NCBI GenBank assembly: GCA_016839515.1
Contig: JAEOUE010000037.1
Location: 1-10,340 of the forward strand
Source: Candidatus Hodarchaeum mangrovi
Lineage (GTDB): Archaea; Asgardarchaeota; Heimdallarchaeia; Hodarchaeales; Hodarchaeaceae
Direction: 5' to 3'
DNA: 10,340 bases
The position numbers were made by a program, and so were the translations under genes. Within the stretch, counting starts at the first letter, position 1, and every line of letters starts with the position of its first letter. Shown piece after piece: positions 1 through 7,387 of this stretch. The notes below the pieces were generated by a model, which saw only the letters and a program-made list of their open reading frames with translations, did not search any database and was not told the DNA's origin.

Positions 1-1052
1 CCTATCAACCCTAAATTAGCTACTGGATGCCAAACTTCAATATCACAAACCATATTAGCTTGGAAGGGAGATTCTAATTTATGAATAGCAGAGAAGATAT
101 GAGTCTCTTCAACTTCTAATCCAATACTATGACATGTGGGATGAATTCGTGCGAATTTCGATAAAGTTTTGGAAAAATTTCGGGCTGCTTTAAATACTGA
201 GCCTGGGTCCACACCTGGTTTAATTTCGTTAACACAAAATTCTTGAACCTTAATAACACGGTCTAAAATCTCTTCTATGCCATCAGGTACACTACCAATT
301 ACCATATGTCGGCTTATATCACTTACATAGCCTTTCCAGACAGCTCCAAAATCAAATCGTGTTACATCTCCAGGTTTAACTTGTATTCCAATTCCTGGTG
401 CTTCAGGGTCAGACGAACCAATGCCTAAAGTTAAATGATCCCATCCTTCGGCTCCTGAAGATATAATAGTACTTCTAGCTAATTTTAACAAATCATTATC
501 GGTAATTCCATTATATGATGCCTCAATACATGCTAGAATAGCCTTTTCAGAAATTTCAGTTGATTTCTTAATTCTTTGAATTTCTTCTGTAGACTTTATA
601 AGTCGCATTTCAAGAAAAACAGGGTCTGCTTCAACAAACTTACTATTAGGAAATTTTTTTTGTAAATATTCGGATTGATAACGTGGCATGGTTGATTCAA
701 GAGCAATGGTTTTTCCAGATAATTGCCAACTAGTGATTAACTGCTCTACCTCCTTTAATGCATGAATAGGAGATAACACACCGTGAGCATTACTTGATTT
801 AATCCAAGAATAATGATCCAAGCTAGCAAAAACCATCCAATAAATTAAATCTACTTCCCCTGTTTCTTGAATCAACGAAAGGAAAGGATATTGGTTCCTT
901 AAAGCCCAAAGGATGGGATTATTAGCTACATGAAGGGTTGGGAGTCCAGTTGTATAAAAAACATTTTCTCCTGAAGAACCGATAAGAAGGTCAATTTCAT
1001 GTTTTTTCAGTATTTTTGCTGTTCTTTCTCTATTATAACCAATTGGATCCAT
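1..1052 (-). CDS. M24 family (Xaa-Pro aminopeptidase/prolidase/creatinase fold) metallohydrolase, atypical active site; 3' end runs off the window
   Basis: Manual translation from ATG at 1052: MDPIGYNRERTAKILKKHEIDLLIGSSGENVFYTTG (creatinase-N-like start) ... FLEMRLIKSTEEIQRIKKS (linker motif) ... GDVTRFDFGAVWKGYVSDISR ... CHSIGLEVEE ... NMVCDIEVW. Open for 350 codons to the window edge. Metal ligands D234, D245, H308 and E339 are present. GAAGGAG RBS lies just upstream on the minus strand. Missing from the ORF track because there is no stop codon in the window. Confidence 0.92.
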   Translation of the reverse strand, partial: MDPIGYNRERTAKILKKHEIDLLIGSSGENVFYTTGLPTLHVANNPILWALRNQYPFLSLIQETGEVDLIYWMVFASLDHYSWIKSSNAHGVLSPIHALKEVEQLITSWQLSGKTIALESTMPRYQSEYLQKKFPNSKFVEADPVFLEMRLIKSTEEIQRIKKSTEISEKAILACIEASYNGITDNDLLKLARSTIISSGAEGWDHLTLGIGSSDPEAPGIGIQVKPGDVTRFDFGAVWKGYVSDISRHMVIGSVPDGIEEILDRVIKVQEFCVNEIKPGVDPGSVFKAARNFSKTLSKFARIHPTCHSIGLEVEETHIFSAIHKLESPFQANMVCDIEVWHPVANLGLI

Positions 1053-1084
1053 TATTTGTCTCCTTCATTAATTAAAAGAGGATT

Positions 1085-1438
1085 TCATTCCTCATCCTCA
1101 TAATCCATAAAAATTTCCAATCTTTGTAGATCAGCTGGGCTTCCTTTTGGTTGAAGTTCCCCTTCCATAAACGATTCCATAGGATCAATTTCTCCTGTAA
1201 GAATCCCATAAAATATATCTGAATTTACTGTTAGACTCATATCAGGATTGTCAATTTTATGTTCTTCTAATCTAGCTTTTTTGTTTTCAAATATCATTAC
1301 AACCGAGTAATTTATATCAGGAAATTCAAATAAAAAGGTCTTATTGAAGTCTTCAAACTCATCTGCGACTTCTGGATCTTTTTCTAAAAGATCAGTCCAT
1401 TTTTTTAGATGTTTAAACATTTGTTCTTTTGATGCCAT
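1085..1438 (-). CDS. Stand-alone SCP2 (sterol carrier protein 2) lipid-binding domain protein
   Basis: 117 aa with the SCP2 C-terminal pattern PDMSLTVNSDIFYGILTGEIDPMESFMEGELQPKGS (compare pDxtltxxxxdfxxlxxGxldpxxAfmxGklkvxG). GGTGA RBS upstream (TCACC at 1446-1450 on +). Very acidic, with 29 D/E of 117 residues. Confidence 0.88.
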   Translation of the reverse strand: MASKEQMFKHLKKWTDLLEKDPEVADEFEDFNKTFLFEFPDINYSVVMIFENKKARLEEHKIDNPDMSLTVNSDIFYGILTGEIDPMESFMEGELQPKGSPADLQRLEIFMDYEDEE

Positions 1439-1501
1439 TTTTATCTCACCATTTAATTATAATTTTTCAGATTAGTCTATAAACAGCGTTTATTCAAAAT
1501 T

Positions 1502-2404
1502 TTATCCTATTTCTTCAAGTTGTACTTGTCTTTTTGCAAGAAGAAAAGAGCTAATTATGATCAATAGTATTGAGGTCAAAAACAAGAGGAGTTCAATCAT
1601 ACCAGGAGGGCTAAGAAAAAAAACGAATAAATATACAAGAGCTGGGGTGACTTGGATTGGAATTTGTTGAATGGGAACTAAAATTGATGCACGTCCCACT
1701 TTAAAAGCATTTTGTAAGTATCCAAGGCCATAAATGTTTGCCAAAGTTAATAGAATAGCTGCGAATACAAAGATTATGACTTCTCCAAAAACTGCAACCA
1801 TTTCGAATACATGAACAATCGTAGCCATCAGTGGGAATACCCAAAAGTTAGCTAAAGCAAAACAAAACCCAGAGAAGACAGCTAAGTATAAACCTTTGTT
1901 TGCATTACTTTTTGTTTTCCGCTGACCAATATCACAGCCTATCATACAAATAAAGCATCCTAGAGTGAAAGCTGCTACACGACCAAGAAAGCTTGTATTT
2001 AAAATATTATAATCTTCTATTTCAATTACTAAACCACTAAATCCAAGTAGAGTTATGGCAACCATCATTAAGATGATTCCAAGGATTTCAGGTAATTCCA
2101 ATGCCTCTCCTACGATTTTTAGTGAGCCTAATGCTAAAACAATAAGGCCTGCTGCCATCAAGCCAGGTATTAAGGCAGGACCTACATACAATTGAGCCCA
2201 CATAAAAAAAATTGCTCCAATAACATTTTGCAGTATTAAACCAAACAACCACATACGATTTTTGAGCAAGGTTCGAAAGAATTTTTTTCCTTTAAGCTCT
2301 TGGGGAACCTCATTAACTACTTTCTTTTGAAGTACCGTTCCTAAATTATTAGTAATACCTGAGGTGATTGCTAAACTTACTCCAAACCAGTATAATGGTT
2401 CCAT
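1502..2404 (-). CDS. DMT-superfamily membrane transporter, NIPA (Mg_trans_NIPA)-like
   Basis: About 9 hydrophobic segments. N-terminal GVSLAITSG..NNLG.VLQKK, then LLKNRMWLFGL, then GPALIPGL...VGE.L...EILG match the layout of NIPA/DMT proteins (GLxLA...xxKK...WWxG...APAxLVxPL...LxE). Confidence 0.75.
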   Translation of the reverse strand: MEPLYWFGVSLAITSGITNNLGTVLQKKVVNEVPQELKGKKFFRTLLKNRMWLFGLILQNVIGAIFFMWAQLYVGPALIPGLMAAGLIVLALGSLKIVGEALELPEILGIILMMVAITLLGFSGLVIEIEDYNILNTSFLGRVAAFTLGCFICMIGCDIGQRKTKSNANKGLYLAVFSGFCFALANFWVFPLMATIVHVFEMVAVFGEVIIFVFAAILLTLANIYGLGYLQNAFKVGRASILVPIQQIPIQVTPALVYLFVFFLSPPGMIELLLFLTSILLIIISSFLLAKRQVQLEEIG

Positions 2405-2506
2405 TGAAAACTACCTAGCCAAATAAAAGATACTTACATGAAAACGACAAAAAACTTCAAATACTTTTCGTATGTAGCTAGGTGATAATTTCATAAAAAG
2501 CAAATA
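2405..2506. promoter_or_regulatory. Short divergent (bidirectional) promoter region
   Basis: Only 102 bp separate the head-to-head starts at 2404 (-) and 2507 (+). It contains a 7-bp inverted pair, ACCTAGC (2413-2419) and GCTAGGT (2477-2483). Exact TATA/BRE elements cannot be assigned confidently. Confidence 0.55.
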
Positions 2507-4438
2507 ATGGTGCAAATTGTGTTAAAAATAGAAGATGATTGGTTTGTTGATGAATATGGGAGAAAAATACTTCTCCGTGGTGTGAATCTAAGTGGAAGTG
2601 CAAAAATACCTGCGACTCCAAATGGAGCAACTCATCTAAAAACCAATTTTCATGATCATAGAGAAGTATCCTTTGTAGGACGCCCTCTCTTGATTAACGA
2701 AGCAGCAGAACATTTTCAACGTATTAAACATTGGGGCTTTAATACAATTCGGTTTGTTATACCGTGGGAGGCCATTGAGCATGCAAATCCGAAAAAATAT
2801 GATACTGAATATTTATCTTATTTCCAAGATTTACTTACAATTGCTGGTGAAGAATTTAAACTAAATCTGATTATTGATCCTCATCAGGATGCATGGAGTC
2901 GGTTATCTGGAGGAGATGGTGCTCCTGGATGGACATTTGAAAAAGTAGGTCTTAATTATTCCAAGTTTAATCTATCAGAAGCTGCATTGGTAATGCAATA
3001 TCGGTATAGTCCTGAAGACCCAAAAGCTTATGAACCAATGTCTTGGGCAAATAATCATCTTCGATTATCTAATGGTACAATGTGGACTCTATTTTTCGGA
3101 GGAAAAGACTTCGTCCCAAATTTTGCTATTGATGGTATAAATATCCAAGATTACCTTCAGGATCATTTTATTAATTCTTTTAAGGAATTAGCAAAATATG
3201 TGAAAGATAATCCATATGTAATTGGATTTTCAACTCTTAATGAACCAAGTCCAGGTTGGATAGGCCAATTAGTTGATGGTTCAACCATGGATGTCTCCGA
3301 AATCTTAGGTTATGCCTTCACACCATTTGATGCAATGCTAACTGGATCAGGATATACACGAACGATCCCATTTCGAGCTATTAAAAGATTAGGGATTAAA
3401 GAAATCCGAAGAGATCAATTAAACCCCGACAAAATCTCTTGTTGGATTGATGAAAAAAGAGATGTTTGGAAAAATGAGGGAATTTGGGAAATAGATACTG
3501 ACGGAAATCCTGTCATATTGAAAAATGATCATTTTAACATGAAAAATGGACAAAAAATCAACTTTTTAAAGGATTATCTAGCATTATTTATTTCTAAATA
3601 TGCGAATGCTATACGAGAGATAATCCCTGATACTCCAATCTTTTGTGGTCTTCCTTTAGATCTAATAGTCAAAGGAAAAAAAATAGATATTGAATTACCG
3701 CCAAATATATACTTGGAGGGGCACTGGTATGATGTTGCCTCAATGGGTACAAAAAGGTTCATGAAAAAAGCAAATTTTGATCTAAGGAGTGGAAGACCTG
3801 TCATAGGAGAGGGAAATGTTCAGAAAATGTTTATTGAACAGTTAGCTGCGATAAAAGAAACTGCAAGAAAAACATTCAACAAACAATTAGTGCTTCTTGG
3901 AGAAATAGGTATGTGTTTCGATCTTGAAAAGAAAAAAGCGTTTGAAATTTGGAAAACAAATCCTACAGAAGCTTGGCAAACACATATCACTGCTTTTTCC
4001 ATGTATTATCGTGCAATAGATGCAAATTTATTGCATTCAATGCATTGGAATTATACTCCAGATAATGATAATACTTTTGGAGATCAATGGAATTTAGAGG
4101 ATTTCTCAATATATAGTAATGATCAACGAGTTGATCCAGTAGATCTCAATAGCGGAGGAAGGGCTATTGAAGGATTCTGTCGTCCTTATTTAGAGAAAAT
4201 AGCAGGAATTCCTTTGAAAATGAGCTTTGATAATCAAAAAAAGATATTTGAGGTTGAATTCAATGCAGAATTATCTCTCAATGCTCCAACTATCGTATAT
4301 ATCCCTAAAATTCATTACTTAGCTGGTTACAGAGTTGATACAGATGGAGAATGGAGAAAATCGGAAAAAGATGAGCAATTAATATTGTATAAACCAAAGA
4401 AGGCAGGCTATCAAAAAATTATTATTTCCCCTAAATAA
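2507..4438 (+). CDS. Glycoside hydrolase family 5, endoglycoceramidase-related (GH5_12-like; glucosylceramidase/steryl-beta-glucosidase type), cytoplasmic
   Basis: Motifs LLRGVNLSGSAK, VSFVGRP, WGFNTIRF..PWEAIEH, IDPHQDAWSRLSGGDGAPGWT, acid/base NEP (E246), GHWYD, nucleophile GEIG (E466), WNYTPDN...GDQWNLEDFSI and GGRA...F.RPY, plus a C-terminal beta domain. These resemble fungal EGCrP1/EGCrP2 (Sgl1, Egh1). No signal peptide. Confidence 0.88.
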   Translation: MVQIVLKIEDDWFVDEYGRKILLRGVNLSGSAKIPATPNGATHLKTNFHDHREVSFVGRPLLINEAAEHFQRIKHWGFNTIRFVIPWEAIEHANPKKYDTEYLSYFQDLLTIAGEEFKLNLIIDPHQDAWSRLSGGDGAPGWTFEKVGLNYSKFNLSEAALVMQYRYSPEDPKAYEPMSWANNHLRLSNGTMWTLFFGGKDFVPNFAIDGINIQDYLQDHFINSFKELAKYVKDNPYVIGFSTLNEPSPGWIGQLVDGSTMDVSEILGYAFTPFDAMLTGSGYTRTIPFRAIKRLGIKEIRRDQLNPDKISCWIDEKRDVWKNEGIWEIDTDGNPVILKNDHFNMKNGQKINFLKDYLALFISKYANAIREIIPDTPIFCGLPLDLIVKGKKIDIELPPNIYLEGHWYDVASMGTKRFMKKANFDLRSGRPVIGEGNVQKMFIEQLAAIKETARKTFNKQLVLLGEIGMCFDLEKKKAFEIWKTNPTEAWQTHITAFSMYYRAIDANLLHSMHWNYTPDNDNTFGDQWNLEDFSIYSNDQRVDPVDLNSGGRAIEGFCRPYLEKIAGIPLKMSFDNQKKIFEVEFNAELSLNAPTIVYIPKIHYLAGYRVDTDGEWRKSEKDEQLILYKPKKAGYQKIIISPK

Positions 4439-4453
4439 TATGAGTGTTTTTCA

Positions 4454-5242
4454 ATGGCTAAGATTATTTTTTTTCAACCTCATCCAGATGATTTAGAATT
4501 AAATTGCGCTTATTTATTAAATTATTTGTCTTTAAAAAGCAAAAAAAGCCATGATATCAGAATTGCTTCTATTACAAAGGGGGAATTTGGCTTACCAGGT
4601 TTTGAATATGATAAATATAAAGGAGATTACTTGGCACAAATACGAGTAAAAGAATTGGAGAATGCTGCTGCAATTCATGGAATTCCAGCTAATAAAATTG
4701 ATTGGTTTGGGTATGTGGATGGTTTTGTTGAATTTGAAAAACGATTTATTGACCATATCTTTACATATCTACAGAAACATCGACCTGACATAATTATTGC
4801 ACCTGAAGCTCTATATACTTGGTATTACCATAAAGATCATGTTAATACTGGTAGAGCTATCTATTATGTAATATCTAGTAATTTACTTGATTACATACCC
4901 AAGCTATATTTTTATTCGTCATTAAGTCCAAATTATTATTTCCCGATTGATCAAAATAGTATTTCTTTAACAGAAAGGCTTATAAAATGTCATAAAACTC
5001 AAATCTGGTTATTGAAATCAATGAAAAGGATAAATAAACCAATTTGGATGATTTCTGGGTTTCATACTCAAGGATATAAATATGCAGAACCTTATCGGCG
5101 AGTTTATTTTGAGAAAAGCTTAAAAAGGGAAGATCGTCCTAATTGGATCATTCGAGGATTAGTAAGATTAATTGCCTCACATGCACAACTTTTTGATGCT
5201 CAATATCCAGAAGAAGTTTTAAAAGAATTAGAGAAAGCATAA
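4454..5242 (+). CDS. PIG-L/LmbE family Zn-dependent N-acetylglucosaminyl de-N-acetylase
   Basis: PHPDDLE (HxDD) near the N-terminus, ITKGEFG, IRVKELENAA, PDIII, HKDH (HxDH) and CHKTQ motifs. Starts 15 bp after the GH5 stop, so likely co-transcribed. Confidence 0.9.
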   Translation: MAKIIFFQPHPDDLELNCAYLLNYLSLKSKKSHDIRIASITKGEFGLPGFEYDKYKGDYLAQIRVKELENAAAIHGIPANKIDWFGYVDGFVEFEKRFIDHIFTYLQKHRPDIIIAPEALYTWYYHKDHVNTGRAIYYVISSNLLDYIPKLYFYSSLSPNYYFPIDQNSISLTERLIKCHKTQIWLLKSMKRINKPIWMISGFHTQGYKYAEPYRRVYFEKSLKREDRPNWIIRGLVRLIASHAQLFDAQYPEEVLKELEKA

Positions 5243-5256
5243 ATATTATTCTTAAA

Positions 5257-5266
5257 TTCTTTTTTG
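5257..5266 (+). terminator. Possible archaeal-type oligo-T terminator after the GH5/PIG-L pair
   Basis: TTCTTTTTTG about 15 nt after the stop at 5242, followed by a ~280-bp intergenic region. Weak evidence given the AT-rich background. Confidence 0.35.
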
Positions 5267-5461
5267 TACTTCTAACCATCTTATTTTCTAGAAATAAATG
5301 AATTATAGATATAATACTAATAGATAAAGGGAATTTAATTCTTTTGTAATCGCCATCTATTAAGAACCAGCTTGTGAAATTTATATCAATTTGCTGTTTA
5401 TAGCTGCAGGTTTTAGAAAAAAGATTCTAGAATTACGGTTTTGGTGCATGCTTCCATAATA

Positions 5462-5485
5462 TTATAAAGACTAGATTATTCTAGT
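5462..5485 (+). promoter_or_regulatory. Candidate TATA box with adjacent palindromic operator
   Basis: TTATAAA (5462-5468) is followed after one base by ACTAGA-TTAT-TCTAGT (5470-5485), 35 bp upstream of ATG 5521. Confidence 0.4.
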
Positions 5486-5520
5486 GATTTAATGAAGCAT
5501 TCCAAATAGGAAGCTTAACT

Positions 5521-6255
5521 ATGAATAAAAATCTGTTATATCTCATTGGCGGATTCTCTTTAATTTTGATATTTTTTTTCTCATATTTGCTACTTTCCAA
5601 TTTAAATCTTTTTAATCAAACACCTGAAGAAAATGAACCTCCTGTACTTGAAGACTTAACAATTGGTGCCCGGATAGCAAGATATATAGACACTCGTCGT
5701 GGACAGGTATCCTTTACTTGGTGTTATAACAATTCGATAATTAATTCAAATCTTACTGATTTAATTGGGGATTATTGTGATGGAGTGCTAACCTATGGTG
5801 ATTTATCAAATGAAACCCAGAGTGATAGAAATATATCAGTAGTTGGGATTTTTGGTCAGAAAACAGGATATATTGACAATATTGAACTTTCATCAGTGGT
5901 TGGAGGTTTTATTTCAGTTTTACAAATTACAGATAAGAATTCTTCTTCAGTTACTGATTGGAATGAAATTTCTCCTTGGCCTCCTACTTTTTGGTGGGAT
6001 ATAGCTTTTGATGATAATACTTCCATTAGTATTCTCTATTCCAAAGAACAAAAAATGATCACTGCCATCAATGGAACATGGGAGATGTCGAGCTTTGGTT
6101 TAAATGAGACTACTTTTATTGATTTTCCTAATTTTGAATATAATTGGGATGATTATGTCTATCAAGCTTTTTTAGAACTAGATACTGCAATGCAAGCAAC
6201 GATTAACGATGTTATCGATTTATATTTGACTATACTTAAAGATGCCCTTATCTAG
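5521..6255 (+). CDS. Hypothetical membrane-anchored extracellular protein, likely N-glycosylated
   Basis: N-terminal signal anchor (LLYLIGGFSLILIFFFSYLLL), an acidic N/S/T-rich ectodomain, nine N-x-S/T sequons and two Cys. No family recognised. Confidence 0.8.
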   Translation: MNKNLLYLIGGFSLILIFFFSYLLLSNLNLFNQTPEENEPPVLEDLTIGARIARYIDTRRGQVSFTWCYNNSIINSNLTDLIGDYCDGVLTYGDLSNETQSDRNISVVGIFGQKTGYIDNIELSSVVGGFISVLQITDKNSSSVTDWNEISPWPPTFWWDIAFDDNTSISILYSKEQKMITAINGTWEMSSFGLNETTFIDFPNFEYNWDDYVYQAFLELDTAMQATINDVIDLYLTILKDALI

Positions 6256-6367
6256 CAGGAAATAGCTAGAAAAGCACCCGATTAATAAGTTGAAAAAGAG
6301 TATATAAGGTAAAACAACGAAAATCTTGGAAAAAAAGATATGAATAGTTCACTTCAAAGTGGGATAT

Positions 6368-6934
6368 ATGGTATTTAATATACTAAATCGAAGACCATCT
6401 CAAAAAAAGACGATATTACTACTAATAGGTGGAATAATAGGCACAATACTCTCCTTATTAATTATGAATCTCTTTTTTGAGCTTTCAAATTATCCTGTTT
6501 CCTTTTTTGAAAGTCAATTATCCTTTTCAGGTCAAATTATCAAATCTCATTTTGCTACGATGTCTTTTCAAGAGTTGAACTACTATGCAATGGGGCAACT
6601 GTTTGATTATGGTTTTATTATCTCAAATGCGGCAGTAAAATTTAGTTTAGCTATTTTACTAGCTAGGATATTTAGTACTGATTCAACCCTTAGGAATTCA
6701 GGATTCATAGTAGCATTTTTAGGTATTTTAGGTAGTCTGTTTGATGCAATAGAAAATATCTTCATTTTTTTTATGATTGGTGATCCAATTGGTTTTAATG
6801 ATTGGTTAGCAGTCATTCATTCTGTTTTTGCCTTAGCAAAGTATATTTTAACCTTTATTGTATATATCTGGCTTTTGATTGCCCTTATTCTTGTAATTAA
6901 AATTCAACTAAGCTCCCAAGCAGAGAAAATATAG
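6368..6934 (+). CDS. Hypothetical integral membrane protein (~4 TM) with D..F and FDAIEN motifs
   Basis: Four hydrophobic helices with intramembrane acidic residues (LFDYGF, LFDAIEN). ATG 6368 is preferred over the ORF-track GTG at 6359, but the start is uncertain. Confidence 0.78.
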   Translation: MVFNILNRRPSQKKTILLLIGGIIGTILSLLIMNLFFELSNYPVSFFESQLSFSGQIIKSHFATMSFQELNYYAMGQLFDYGFIISNAAVKFSLAILLARIFSTDSTLRNSGFIVAFLGILGSLFDAIENIFIFFMIGDPIGFNDWLAVIHSVFALAKYILTFIVYIWLLIALILVIKIQLSSQAEKI

Positions 6935-6996
6935 ACCAATTAATCTGAAGGTAAATTTAAAAATAAAGATTATCAAGAGTTTATTTGAGACCACGA

Positions 6997-7161
6997 ATGT
7001 TTAATAAAAAAAATTCGCTTAATCGTAAATTAAAAAAAGCAAACATAAATAAAGAAGTAATAGAGCATATTAAAGATACTAAACGCAAAATGAAAGAAAA
7101 AATTCCTCAAGTATCCAAGAAAGAAGAACGGAAAGAGTCCCAGCATAAGGAAAAAACTTGA
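6997..7161 (+). CDS. Possible small Lys-rich protein (54 aa)
   Basis: ATG 6997 to TGA 7161: MFNKKNSLNRKLKKANINKEVIEHIKDTKRKMKEKIPQVSKKEERKESQHKEKT. Strong purine bias typical of coding DNA, and it fills an otherwise long gap. Below the ORF-track size cut-off, with no clear RBS. Confidence 0.4.
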   Translation: MFNKKNSLNRKLKKANINKEVIEHIKDTKRKMKEKIPQVSKKEERKESQHKEKT

Positions 7162-7387
7162 AAACCTAAGATAACTCTATACTGTACTCAGTTACCTCTG
7201 ATTAAAAGTTTATTTTTACAAGAAATTAACCTGTTCTATTTGTATATGTTTCCGACCTCTATCTAAAACAAATGGAGTCATTATTACCCTCAGAAGTCTG
7301 CAATGTAAGATCCTTCGATTTTTGGATGACAATCATGCAGGTAATTTATAAGTGCGAATCTCTTAGTGAAATTTTACATTCAACAAT

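Noticed and set aside
3574-4002. Two minus-strand ORFs (3574-3804, 3820-4002)
   Set aside because: Antisense shadows inside the well-supported GH5 gene, with no recognisable motifs.
4454-5242. Calling the deacetylase a true GPI-pathway PIG-L, or BshB/MshB
   Set aside because: No N-terminal membrane anchor and no neighbouring PIG-A/BshA/MshA-type glycosyltransferase in the window. Only the family-level call is supported.
6340-6378. ATG at 6340 as a possible start or leader peptide for the membrane protein
   Set aside because: Out of frame with the 6359/6368 ORF and stops after 12 codons. No support for function.
6607-6816. 69-aa minus-strand ORF
   Set aside because: Antisense to the 4-TM membrane protein gene. 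Its composition just mirrors the hydrophobic codons on the other strand.
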